Positions 33,156 to 42,800 are shown, counted from the first letter of the whole stretch. The stretch is 63,975 nt of DNA, filler included, from 8 parts of 8 records of this genome joined end to end with filler, not necessarily neighbours in it; one strand, 5' to 3'. The notes: a model not told the origin generated them from the sequence alone. A program made the numbers and translations.

Positions 33156-34184
33156 ATGAAAAATCAGGTTGTCAGTATTGTTGCCGTATTCATCATTACC
33201 CTTTTAGCTGTTCCGGGATTTGGTGTTGGTCAAGCAAAAAGTGATGAGCTCAAACCTTCAACCCTCACCTGGGTGGCCGGTGGCGTGGGTGGGGGATGGT
33301 ATGTCCAGGCCGGTGGTATCGCTCGGATGATCGCAGAAAAAGAGCCCAAAATCACCATCAAGGTGGTTCCTGGTGGCGGTGTGGTCAATCCCGTTCGGGT
33401 CTCTCGCCATAAAGACGATCTGGGGTGGGGCATCACCTTTGTGGACAAGATGGCCTATGCCGGTCTTGCGCCGGTCTACAAAAAAGCCAATCCCGACGTA
33501 CGTTCCCTGGGCGGTGTTTTTGGTATCTACCATGTTCATTTTGTCGCGGCCAAAGATGCCGCTATCACCACCGTTGAAGAGCTGGCTGCCATGATCAAAG
33601 CGGGAAAAAAGATCAAAGTGGGCGCTCCCATGAAAGGCACTTCGGATCTGCCCCTGGTTAAAACCATCCTGAAGTTCTACGGCGTCTCTTTGGATGACGT
33701 GAAAAAAGCGGGGGGTAAAGTGATCAACGCCGTATATTCCGATATGGTCAATCTTTATAAAGACAAGCATGTGGATTTTGTTTTCACCCATCTGGGATTG
33801 CCCGGTGCTGCCGTCACCGAGATGTCCGTCAGCAGGGACACCACCCTACTCTCCGTTTCCGACGACTGTGTGGCATATATCCACAAAGAGCTGGGAACCC
33901 TTGCTAAATCTTCCGGAAAGGCTGTCATTCCCGCCGGGACCTATACCGGTCAGGAAAAAGATGTCCAGGCCGTGGTTTCAGCCGGCGAATTGATCATCAA
34001 TAAGGATTTGTCGGATACAATGGCCTATACCATCACCAAGATTCTTTGCGAGAACTTGGAAGAGCTTCACAAAATCAATCCCGCCAACAAATACTTTGTT
34101 CCTGAGCAGGGATGGAAGAATGTGGCCCTTCAGCTTCATCCCGGTGCAGAGAAGTACTATAAAGAGGCTGGTTACATGAAATAG
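33156..34184 (+). CDS. TAXI-family TRAP transporter solute-binding protein
   Basis: Signal peptide, GGVGGGWY, IPAGTY, LHPGAEKYYKE. Confidence 0.9.
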   Translation: MKNQVVSIVAVFIITLLAVPGFGVGQAKSDELKPSTLTWVAGGVGGGWYVQAGGIARMIAEKEPKITIKVVPGGGVVNPVRVSRHKDDLGWGITFVDKMAYAGLAPVYKKANPDVRSLGGVFGIYHVHFVAAKDAAITTVEELAAMIKAGKKIKVGAPMKGTSDLPLVKTILKFYGVSLDDVKKAGGKVINAVYSDMVNLYKDKHVDFVFTHLGLPGAAVTEMSVSRDTTLLSVSDDCVAYIHKELGTLAKSSGKAVIPAGTYTGQEKDVQAVVSAGELIINKDLSDTMAYTITKILCENLEELHKINPANKYFVPEQGWKNVALQLHPGAEKYYKEAGYMK

Positions 34185-34233
34185 TGGGGATGTTTCGTTT
34201 GTAAATTGATATGTTCAACAAAGAGAGGATTGA

Positions 34234-35312
34234 ATGAAAGCGCTTCAAGGATGGCAAAACAAGGCGATCGGTTTATGGCTGGTCTGTCTTTCCTTATTTC
34301 AACTTTATACCGCGACAGTCGGTATCTATGAACCAAGGATTCAGCGGGGGATTCATCTGCTGTTTCTTCTGCCGGCCGCTTTTGTGCTCTTTCCGGCACG
34401 AAAGAAAAACATCGACGTTAAAACCGTGGGGATTGTTGATGCCATTCTTGCCTTTCTGGCGCTGTTTCCGCCCCTCTACATTGTCCTCAATCATACTGCT
34501 TTGGCAGAAAGGCTGGAGTTTGTCGATCCGGTGACACCACTGGAGATGGGCTTGGGTCTTTTGATGATGGGGCTGGTGATAGAAGCGATTCGCCGGGCAG
34601 TGGTGCCGGCCATGGCCATTCTCATTGGGCTTTTTTTCATCTATTTGGCTGTGGCCCCATGGCTCCCTGGTGTTTTTTACGCAAAGATGTCCGATATTTC
34701 CGAATTGGTGGAGATGCAGTTTCTCATCACCGATGCCGGGATGTTCGGCTCCATTACCGGCGTTTCCGCCACATTTGTGGCCCTCTTTGTCATCTTCGGG
34801 GCGTTTCTCGAGAATGCCAAAGCCGGGCAGTTTTTTACCGATTTGGCCTGTCGGTTGGCCGGTAAAGGATATGGCGGGCCTGCCAAGATCGCCGTCATCA
34901 GCAGCGGGCTTTTCGGTTCCATCAGCGGGGTGGCGGCCGCCAATGTTTACTCCACCGGTGTTTTCACCATCCCGCTCATGAAAAAGCTGGGCTACCGGGA
35001 TCAATTTGCCGGAGCTGTGGAGGCATCCGCGTCAACCGGGGGAATGCTCATGCCGCCGGTAATGGGAGCCGGGGCGTTTGTCATGGCCGAAATCACCGGC
35101 ATCTCATACATCAAGATCGTTATTGCCGCCATGTTGGGGTCCATCATGTACTATGCCAGCTTAGTGGTACGGGTGCACTTTACAGCGGTCAAGAACGAAC
35201 TCAAGGGGATGGGCGATATTGAGGTGGTGCCCTTCAAACAGCTTCTCAAGGATTCCTATCTGCTGCTGCCCATGGTGGCCCTGGTGACCATGTTGCTCAA
35301 AGGCTACTCCCC
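34234..35312 (+). CDS. TRAP transporter fused 4TM/12TM permease (3' truncated)
   Basis: GGPAKIAVISS, SGVAAANV, TIPLMKKLGY, EASASTGG..PPVMGAGAF. Confidence 0.92.
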
Positions 35313-35412
35313 NNNNNNNNNNNNNNNNNNNNNNNNNNNNNNNNNNNNNNNNNNNNTTAATTAATTAANNNNNNNNNNNNNNNNNNNNNNNNNNNNNNNN
35401 NNNNNNNNNNNN
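35313..35412. other. Artificial contig spacer
   Basis: N44-TTAATTAATTAA-N44. Confidence 0.99.
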
Positions 35413-35450
35413 TTTTTGAGGTCTGAATTTGGACTTCAGGAGGAGAAGAC

Positions 35451-35660
35451 GTGGAAAAGGAAAAAGGAACAGTAAAGTGGTTTGATAACAAAAAGGGTTT
35501 TGGTTTCATTACCCCAGAAAAAGGCGACAAAGATTTGTTCGTTCACTATTCAAATATTGATGGTGATGGTTATAAATCTTTAGAAGAAGGTCAGACAGTT
35601 GAGTATGTTGCTGGCGAAGGTAAAAAGGGTCCAGAAGCAACTCACGTGATCCCTTGCTAA
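35451..35660 (+). CDS. csp: Cold-shock protein (CspA family)
   Basis: GTVKWF, KGFGFI, LFVHYS; GTG start with AGGAGG. Confidence 0.95.
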   Translation: MEKEKGTVKWFDNKKGFGFITPEKGDKDLFVHYSNIDGDGYKSLEEGQTVEYVAGEGKKGPEATHVIPC

Positions 35661-35676
35661 TTAGAATAATTATAAT

Positions 35677-35708
35677 AAAAGGCCCCGCTATTAGCGGGGC
35701 CTTTTTTT
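35677..35708. terminator. Rho-independent terminator
   Basis: AAAAGGCCCCGCTA-T-TAGCGGGGCCTTTTTTT. Confidence 0.88.
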
Positions 35709-35736
35709 GCCGATGCTCAATGTGCTAGAGCGTGAA

Positions 35737-36558
35737 CTATAGACAGCCTAAGCAGGAGGGGGCAATCTCACAACTTGCGAATTCATTGTCGTTAATACTA
35801 GTTGAAATTTCACCGGTACATTCAATTACCACATTCTTAGGGTCTTTTAGAAAGTCGTCATTCGATATCGATATCGAGACATCAACCATATCTACAGATC
35901 CTTCAACTTCGCGATCTGCAATGCTGCCAGTAGCTGTTACATCAGACTCGACAATAGAGGATGTCAAATTTGCACTCATAGAGCGAACTTTCCAGCGTTT
36001 GATGATGACGTCAAATGATCCCTCCATTTCCATTAGGTTTGAGCCGTCAAGAGCCAGATAGTACGGGATATCTTTCACAGCCCCGTTTCTTTCAACACCA
36101 ACTAGGTCTGATGAAAGTTCTCCGCTAGCTATTAGCTGGATATGACCCCAGCTTTTGAATCTTAGCTTCAAGCCGACTTCACCGTTTAGAATCATTTTAC
36201 CGCCAGCAAACGGGATTTCTTCATCTGTGATGAATACGCTAAGACCTCTTGAACCCAATCCAACAGTTAGGTCTTTTGCGGCTAGTCCACTTGCTTGCGC
36301 GGCTTCAATTTCGTATCCCAATTCACCATCTTCAAGTTCTGCATTAATTTCCTCTTCAACCTTCTGTGCCACAACTTCGAAAATTTTCGCATTCATATCC
36401 GCTTCAGTTTCAGATCCTTCTACGCTGAGTCCACCGCCTGTAATAGCCACTGCAGCAGCGTCGTTCTCTGTCGCGCTGCCCGATGCTCCCATGTTTGCGC
36501 CGCAACCTATTGTTGCTAGTGCTAGGATTACGGCTGTTGAAATTACAATGTTCCTCAT
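35737..36558 (-). CDS. Hypothetical lipoprotein
   Basis: Signal peptide with lipobox-like TIGC; beta-rich body; GGAGG RBS. Confidence 0.75.
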   Translation of the reverse strand: MRNIVISTAVILALATIGCGANMGASGSATENDAAAVAITGGGLSVEGSETEADMNAKIFEVVAQKVEEEINAELEDGELGYEIEAAQASGLAAKDLTVGLGSRGLSVFITDEEIPFAGGKMILNGEVGLKLRFKSWGHIQLIASGELSSDLVGVERNGAVKDIPYYLALDGSNLMEMEGSFDVIIKRWKVRSMSANLTSSIVESDVTATGSIADREVEGSVDMVDVSISISNDDFLKDPKNVVIECTGEISTSINDNEFASCEIAPSCLGCL

Positions 36559-36746
36559 AACCCCTCCCTTTTTTAATCCAGAGGTCCTTTAGATAGAAGG
36601 TTTCCTTTTCCTCCCTTCTTTTACTTCTATTTAAAAGATCCTTGGTTCTAGTTCCTGTCTTCGTTCTGATGGGGATTATGACAGTTGCAGTATATAATTA
36701 AAAATTATTATTTGTTATGGTATCTATAATCTGGTATTATAAGCAT

Positions 36747-37634
36747 ATGGAGTTTATAGATTTAAGAGTTTTTGTTGCTATTGCTGAATTTGGTTCAGCT
36801 ACACGTGCTGCATTGAGGCTTGGTATGACTCAGCCTGGAGTAAGTCAGCACTTAGCTCGCCTTGAAGATGAAGTTGGTGGTCAGTTGTTTGAAAGAGTAG
36901 GGCGGAGTTTAAAGATTAATGATTTTGGAAGCCTTCTTTTGGGTAAAGCCAGACAATTATTAATAGATGCTGAACAATTAAAATATTTAAGTTCCGATTC
37001 AGTATGCCCTGTTGGAATGTTGAGGTTGGGCTTAACAGATTCATCAACGCTAACAGTTGTTCCTAAGGCATTAGCAGAATTTCAAAAAAAATATTTTGGA
37101 GTTCATATAGGAATAGATGTTCATGATTCAGTAGAGATTGAAGATAGGCTCTTAAGAGGACAATACGATCTTGGTCTAGTTACAGCAGATCCAAAAAAAA
37201 CACATCCGATGTTAGAAGAAGAGGTTCTGTATCAAGATAGGCTAGATGTAATTGTTTCAAAAAGACATCCCCTTTCCAAATTGAAGAGAGTTTCTTTGGA
37301 AAAATTGGCAGAGTGGCCGCTTTTAATGTATCCAAGACGTTCTAGGACAAGACATATAATAGATGAAGCCTTCCATTCAAAAGGCTTATTTCCCAAACAT
37401 GTAATAGATGTCTACTTTAATTCAGCAGCTGCAAGATTAGTTGAAGTTGGAGTAGGTGTAGGAATTCTCTCACATTCCTTTATCACAGGTGAGATCCATA
37501 AACATCGCTGTACTCATCTAAGAATCAAAGGAGATCCATTTCATAGGATCATAAGTGTAGCCAGAAGAAAAGATGCGCATCTCTCAGAATCAGCTAGAGC
37601 TTTTTATGAATTATTAAAAAAAGATGCAAAATAA
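36747..37634 (+). CDS. LysR family transcriptional regulator
   Basis: GSATRAA..TQPGVSQHLARLE..LFER HTH and substrate-binding domain. Confidence 0.93.
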   Translation: MEFIDLRVFVAIAEFGSATRAALRLGMTQPGVSQHLARLEDEVGGQLFERVGRSLKINDFGSLLLGKARQLLIDAEQLKYLSSDSVCPVGMLRLGLTDSSTLTVVPKALAEFQKKYFGVHIGIDVHDSVEIEDRLLRGQYDLGLVTADPKKTHPMLEEEVLYQDRLDVIVSKRHPLSKLKRVSLEKLAEWPLLMYPRRSRTRHIIDEAFHSKGLFPKHVIDVYFNSAAARLVEVGVGVGILSHSFITGEIHKHRCTHLRIKGDPFHRIISVARRKDAHLSESARAFYELLKKDAK

Positions 37635-37672
37635 AAAAACACGCTATTTAAATTTTCTAAATAACGTGTTTT
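37633..37672. terminator. Terminator, copy 1 of a duplicated element
   Basis: AAAACACGCTATTTA..TAAATAACGTGTTTT hairpin. Confidence 0.7.
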
Positions 37673-37689
37673 ATATTTCTTTATTTTTA

Positions 37690-38790
37690 TTACAAATTAT
37701 CGATTAAAACCCATGCCAGCTTGCCTGTCTCACCATCAAATTTATTGTGAAAGAGAGCGATTTTTGCTGCTAATTTGTAGTCTCCATTTTTTGTTGGAAG
37801 AACTTCGAAGGATTTAATCTTGCCTTTGTGCGGAGTGTCTTTTAATTTAAATTCTAGAATTTGACCTGTTTTGAATGTCTTTCCTGTGAGTATACTTTTT
37901 GCTGTTCTTTTATCTCCAGTTATTTTGGGTACGAATTCCTTTTGTCGCTGTGTCTGGTTTCCCGGCTTGCCAATGCCGCTGCAAAACTTTTGAGCTTCTT
38001 CATACTCTGTTTCTAAAAAAACATCCGTATCGTTTGACATTGAGTTGTCTACAGTAACTTCATATGGATTTTCTATAAGATCTATTTTGCTACAATCAAC
38101 AGACCTTTGTTTGTCGAATTCATAAACTCTATCGGGCTTGCCATCACCATCAATGTCTCCAATTTGAATAACCCTCGAATCTCCTTTTTGCTCCCACTTG
38201 CTTATACCTGGTATTTTCTTTTTCGTTGGATTTCCAGTGGTTTCGAAATGTTCATAATCTTTCTTCCACCCATTTGTTGCTTTTGAAAAATCTTTTTTCC
38301 ACCCTTTCATTTCTTGTGCAAATGCGGACTTATCTATTCCAGCTGTTTTCATTTCTTCTTCAGTCGTTAATTGCTCAGAACTCATCATTAAAAATTTGCT
38401 ATAGAGAGAATATATTTTATTAATTTTGGTAGAATTGAATTTAGGGTTGGAACACTGCTCAGCTCCTATTTTACATAGGCGATGGTTGATTTCTCTTTCT
38501 CCGAGTACACCGTCTCCACCCTTATCGATAATAGAAATGTCATCTTTTTTAGTTGTTAAATTTTTACACTTTAGAAAGACAATAGGAATCAGTTTCTTTG
38601 TTTTGCTATCTGTTATTTTAGTAGCTGTAGCAGTGCATAGAGAGTCTTTTGCTTCGAATTTAAGCTGATTTGTTTCTATCTTTGTTGTGTGTACAGTTTT
38701 GCTTGAAGCGGTCCCAGAAATTGTAGTTTTTTCAGTTTTTGCTTTTGGGCTGTTTTTAATAATAAAATTGTATATCTTTCCTGGTTTCAT
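37690..38790 (-). CDS. Orphan Lys-rich protein, paralog of 40713-41924
   Basis: Start MKPGKIYN at 38790 with AAGGAG RBS; shares N-domain and C-domain with 40713-41924; GDIDGDGKPD Ca-loop-like motif. Confidence 0.75.
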   Translation of the reverse strand: MKPGKIYNFIIKNSPKAKTEKTTISGTASSKTVHTTKIETNQLKFEAKDSLCTATATKITDSKTKKLIPIVFLKCKNLTTKKDDISIIDKGGDGVLGEREINHRLCKIGAEQCSNPKFNSTKINKIYSLYSKFLMMSSEQLTTEEEMKTAGIDKSAFAQEMKGWKKDFSKATNGWKKDYEHFETTGNPTKKKIPGISKWEQKGDSRVIQIGDIDGDGKPDRVYEFDKQRSVDCSKIDLIENPYEVTVDNSMSNDTDVFLETEYEEAQKFCSGIGKPGNQTQRQKEFVPKITGDKRTAKSILTGKTFKTGQILEFKLKDTPHKGKIKSFEVLPTKNGDYKLAAKIALFHNKFDGETGKLAWVLIDNL

Positions 38791-38970
38791 TATTTTCTCC
38801 TTTTGTATGCTAAGAGCTTCTAAATCAATTATCGTCACAAGCCCATGTAATGTTGTTGGAGAAAATATATTTCCGTGTACTGGAGTATACATGGTTGAGG
38901 AAAAAGGAGGCTTGTATGGCTGTACCTGATCTTTGGAATGGTTAGTTTGTAGTATTGTGTATGTCTTAAT

Positions 38971-39009
38971 AAAAAAACACGCTATTTAGCCTTCTAAATA
39001 GCGTGTTTT
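38971..39009. terminator. Terminator, copy 2 of a duplicated element
   Basis: AAAACACGCTATTTAG-CCTT-CTAAATAGCGTGTTTT. Confidence 0.75.
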
Positions 39010-39028
39010 ATCTTTTTTTTATCATTTT

Positions 39029-39613
39029 TTACAAGAAAACAGGTATGCCGTTGTCTCCAGGATAGCTTCTTGGAAGTTCTTTATATTCTGCTGTGCAGTC
39101 TTTTCGTTCTGTATATAGTAGTGAAGATTTTGCTATTTCATTTTTTTGGCTCATTATATCGTTTAATAACACTTGGATAGCAGCTTCATAACCATCAGCT
39201 TTGCCTGTTTCACTTCTTGAGTAGCAGGACATAGAGTTTATGGCTATGTCGATGACACCATATGGGTCGCAAAAGGCCCACTCTCTTTCTGGACTTGTGT
39301 TTGTTCTCCAAGCTTTCATGCTCCAGCGTTTTGTTGATGAGTTGTATGTAAAGTCAATTCTTCCGCCTCTAAATAGACCAACTCTAACTTCACTATCGAA
39401 ATCTACGGAAACCTTATAATTGCCATTTCTTGCCTCTCCTGTGACTACAATATCATCATCAATGGCATACCAGGGCTCTGATTCACAAATCATCTGGATT
39501 CTACCTTCATGGTGTCCATTTGATGTTCTCGTGTTTTCCAAGTTCAAGTTGTCAAATTCTGCGCTGAATTTGCACGGTAGTTTTCCCAAACCTTTGATTT
39601 CACACTGTGTCAT
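39029..39613 (-). CDS. Orphan Cys-containing hypothetical protein
   Basis: 194 aa, AAGGAG RBS, six Cys, no Sec signal. Confidence 0.65.
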   Translation of the reverse strand: MTQCEIKGLGKLPCKFSAEFDNLNLENTRTSNGHHEGRIQMICESEPWYAIDDDIVVTGEARNGNYKVSVDFDSEVRVGLFRGGRIDFTYNSSTKRWSMKAWRTNTSPEREWAFCDPYGVIDIAINSMSCYSRSETGKADGYEAAIQVLLNDIMSQKNEIAKSSLLYTERKDCTAEYKELPRSYPGDNGIPVFL

Positions 39614-39811
39614 GTCTCTCTCCTTTGTTAGCCCCCGGTTTTCGATTGTTTCAAAGATTTATAAAGGATCTGATTTGACGTCAATCTAGGTTTAACGGGA
39701 GGTATAAGAAACTGTTTGCATTTGAAAACACCTGAACTTAGGTAGGTAGGCAGGTAGATAGGTAGGGCAGGTACGATGAATCAATGAATTAGTGTCTGTA
39801 TTGAGAGGTTC

Positions 39812-40669
39812 TTATGGCTTTTTATGGGGGGCTTGTTTTGAAAAGAAGGTACTTATCGTAGTCTTGATATCGTTTGGTATTTTATTTTTATAGAATTTTA
39901 TGGATGCTAGGCTTAAGAAGCTTGAATGGTCCTTGATAGCAGAGATTATTTTTAGGAAACCGTAATTATGTGGAGAGAAAACTCCATCATATTTTTCTAG
40001 GATTCTACAGAGTGAGATCTTTATCAATTCTTTTTCTGTCTTTGTTGTGTCTCCATCAATCATAAGTTTCTTATCAAGGTCGTTAACGATTTCCCATGCT
40101 TTGTCTCCAATATCTACGGAAACCATGAGAAGGAGCCAGTCTTTAGGTCTAAAGTGTCTTAATACCAGTGAAGCTAAAGCTTTGTCTGTGTTTGAGGGGG
40201 TGAATTTGATGTATCGAATTATTTTTTCAATTGGAGAAAAAAGGTGAAACTTTAGTTCTTCATTTATTGAAACATCACCTTTCAGAGAATTCCAGGTGCT
40301 AGTGTTTTCTGAATAAATAGCCATAGATTCTGCGAGGTCGTTTATAATTAAATATTCTGGATCTGTTGAACCGAGGTTGGTTGCTTGGAAATCTGCAAAG
40401 GATAGCACTTTATCAAAAGATGATGATTTTTTAAGTCCTTCGAAAACATTGTTTCTGTCTGTGTTGTTTAGTCTTGCCAAATCATATATTATGGAGTCAA
40501 ACTTGTTAGTATTTGCATTTAATTGAAGTCCCGGTTTTTCTTTGTCTGCATCATAGCGTTGCATAAATTTGCTATAAGCCATCTTTTTAAATAGTATTGT
40601 ATCACCATCAAGTTCATATTTTTCTGGGTCTGGTTTTGATGCTTCTTTGTATAGCTTGCTTAGATTCAC
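39812..40669 (-). CDS. Orphan hypothetical protein (N-terminus MNLSKLYK)
   Basis: 285 aa, GTG start with GAGGA RBS. Confidence 0.7.
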   Translation of the reverse strand: MNLSKLYKEASKPDPEKYELDGDTILFKKMAYSKFMQRYDADKEKPGLQLNANTNKFDSIIYDLARLNNTDRNNVFEGLKKSSSFDKVLSFADFQATNLGSTDPEYLIINDLAESMAIYSENTSTWNSLKGDVSINEELKFHLFSPIEKIIRYIKFTPSNTDKALASLVLRHFRPKDWLLLMVSVDIGDKAWEIVNDLDKKLMIDGDTTKTEKELIKISLCRILEKYDGVFSPHNYGFLKIISAIKDHSSFLSLASIKFYKNKIPNDIKTTISTFFSKQAPHKKP

Positions 40670-40712
40670 GATTATTCCTCGGCTAATAAATAATAATGAG
40701 ACGTATGTTTAA

Positions 40713-41924
40713 TTACTGGGCTGTTTTGATGAGGCTCACGTCGTCGATTGAAATCATTTTTATTTTACCGTATATTCCGGATCCCCAATCGCTAAATTCT
40801 TTTTTGGTGGAGCCGGCTACGGGAAGCATTCTACCTATTTTTAAATAGAGTGTTTTTTTACCGAAATCATCGAATCCTTTAATCTTTCCCGCATATCTTT
40901 TGCCCTCGTGTTTGAATTCAACAATATCGTTTAGTTTGTATATGACATTATTTGAATCTTTCATCTGTGTTAATTCGATATTGCCATGTTCGCCCCATAT
41001 TTTTTTACCCGTAATGATTTTGTGTGTAACTGTTGTTTTTGTATGAGTTGTTGCGTCTTTTTTGTCTACGATATCTGTCTTTGAATAAATTGTTACACCT
41101 TTTTCTTCGTCTGCTGGTATCTTGGACGATTTTACAAAATCTTTCATTGGTGTGTTTATATGTTTTTTAAATTCCGAATCAAGTTCGGGATATTTCTTGT
41201 CAATCTCAGATTTATCTCCTAATAGAGCTTCTGCATCTTTGCTTAGTTTTTTGAGGGTAGGATCGTTTGTAAGAGATTCTTCTGTAATGGGGGAGGTATC
41301 ATTTCCCCAATCCTGGGCTTTTTTGTCGACTTTATTTCCCCAATCCTGGGCTTTTTTATCAACTTCATTTCCCCAATCTTCTGCTTTTATATCATAATCA
41401 GACCCACCTTTTTTCATCTTAGCTGAATGTTTCTTTTTCCATTTGGCCATCTCTTGTTTGTGAGCTTTTTTATCAATACCAACTGAAGTCATTTCTTCTT
41501 TGTTAGATAGAGGTTTGCCGGTTGTTACTAAGAGCTTTTGCATGCTGTAATAAGTAGAGTTTATCTTTTTAAGATCGATAGTTGAACAGGCGTCTCCCTT
41601 AAAAGTGCACTCTTGGTGTTTTTGTTCGTCTTTCCCTATTTCTCCATCGCCATATTTGTCTATAATTGAAAGATTCATTTCTCCTGTGGCCTTCCATTTG
41701 CATTTTAAAAAGACAGTTGGCACAAGCTGGCCCGTCTTTGTATCGATGATCTTTGAAGCTTTAGTTGAACAGATAGAGTTTGCTGTTTGGAATTTCATAG
41801 TAGCAGCTTTCTCTTTCTTAATACTCGTTTTTAGATCAGATGCCTTTCCTTCAATTATAGTTTTTTCAGATATAGACTTTGAACCGTTTTTAATAATGTG
41901 TTTATATAATTTGCCTAATTTCAT
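40713..41924 (-). CDS. Orphan Lys-rich protein, paralog of 37690-38790
   Basis: MKLGKLYK start with AAGGAG RBS; conserved VFLKCK, SIIDKxGDG, GIDK. Confidence 0.75.
   Translation of the reverse strand: MKLGKLYKHIIKNGSKSISEKTIIEGKASDLKTSIKKEKAATMKFQTANSICSTKASKIIDTKTGQLVPTVFLKCKWKATGEMNLSIIDKYGDGEIGKDEQKHQECTFKGDACSTIDLKKINSTYYSMQKLLVTTGKPLSNKEEMTSVGIDKKAHKQEMAKWKKKHSAKMKKGGSDYDIKAEDWGNEVDKKAQDWGNKVDKKAQDWGNDTSPITEESLTNDPTLKKLSKDAEALLGDKSEIDKKYPELDSEFKKHINTPMKDFVKSSKIPADEEKGVTIYSKTDIVDKKDATTHTKTTVTHKIITGKKIWGEHGNIELTQMKDSNNVIYKLNDIVEFKHEGKRYAGKIKGFDDFGKKTLYLKIGRMLPVAGSTKKEFSDWGSGIYGKIKMISIDDVSLIKTAQ
41301..41399. repeat. Coding tandem repeat, 3 x 33 bp (KAQDWGNxVDK)
   Basis: ATTTCCCCAATCCTGGGCTTTTTT.. 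unit repeated at 41301, 41334 and 41367. Confidence 0.85.
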
Positions 41925-41947
41925 TGTTTTCTCCTTTGTGGCGCGGT

Positions 41948-42700
41948 TTAATTGTACGTGCTTTCAAATGATTCAAACTTTTCGCTTAATTTTAAGTATT
42001 CTACTTTGAATATGGTTGTTATTGCGTCATATGCAGCCTCTAGTTTGGTAGTGTAGTTCTGGTATTCTGAGTTGATTTGAGTGCTGAATTGTGAGTGCAA
42101 AGCAGCATATTCTTTTGAAAGAGTGCTGTGCGCCTTACCGAAAGCGCTACTCATAAATTCTCTTTTGTTGCTTAGTTTATTATTCACGCTGCTTATGACG
42201 AGATTTAGAATTTTAATCTTTTTTAAATGGCTTTGAAGACCTTTGTAACCCTCGTTATTGCTGGGATCCTTGTCCCAAATCTGATCAAGTCCCTTAGTTG
42301 CAATGTCTTCTAGTCCTTGAGCCTGCTTTTTATATGTGTTGAAAAGTTTTGTTGCTTTGCTCAAGAATTTCGAATGCTCCGCTTTAATTGATTCGACAAA
42401 TTCTGAATGAAATTTTGTAGCTTTAGAGTTGAAACCCTTGTTAATTAGTTCAATCGTAAGCTCAAACTTTGCATGAGATGTTTTAATTCTTTTCTCGTAT
42501 TTCTTGTGTGCATCTTGAAGTTTACCCCACGAATTTCCGGCTTTATCAGCATATTGTTTGAAATACTCAAGACCTTTTGTGTATGAGCTTGAGCTCTTAG
42601 CAATATCTAAATAGTAGTCTTTTCCCATTGAGTATGAACTGTCACTTTTTGCCTGCTCAAGATAGTATTTTGAACCCTTGGAGTGCGAGCTCTTGCTCTT
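41948..42700 (-). CDS. Helical/coiled-coil hypothetical protein with 17-aa repeats (5' truncated)
   Basis: Frame open to the contig edge; SSHSKGSKYYLEQAK / SSYSMGKDYYLDIAK / SSYTKGLEYFKQYA. Confidence 0.65.
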   Translation of the reverse strand, partial: KSKSSHSKGSKYYLEQAKSDSSYSMGKDYYLDIAKSSSSYTKGLEYFKQYADKAGNSWGKLQDAHKKYEKRIKTSHAKFELTIELINKGFNSKATKFHSEFVESIKAEHSKFLSKATKLFNTYKKQAQGLEDIATKGLDQIWDKDPSNNEGYKGLQSHLKKIKILNLVISSVNNKLSNKREFMSSAFGKAHSTLSKEYAALHSQFSTQINSEYQNYTTKLEAAYDAITTIFKVEYLKLSEKFESFESTYN

Positions 42701-42800
42701 NNNNNNNNNNNNNNNNNNNNNNNNNNNNNNNNNNNNNNNNNNNNTTAATTAATTAANNNNNNNNNNNNNNNNNNNNNNNNNNNNNNNNNNNNNNNNNNNN
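42701..42800. other. Artificial contig spacer
   Basis: N44-TTAATTAATTAA-N44. Confidence 0.99.

Noticed and set aside
37633-39009. Repeated hairpins as integron attC sites
   Set aside because: No RYYYAAC/GTTRRRY ends and no integrase; they look like terminators.
41301-41399. 33-bp repeats as a CRISPR array
   Set aside because: Contiguous in-frame coding repeats without spacers; no cas genes.
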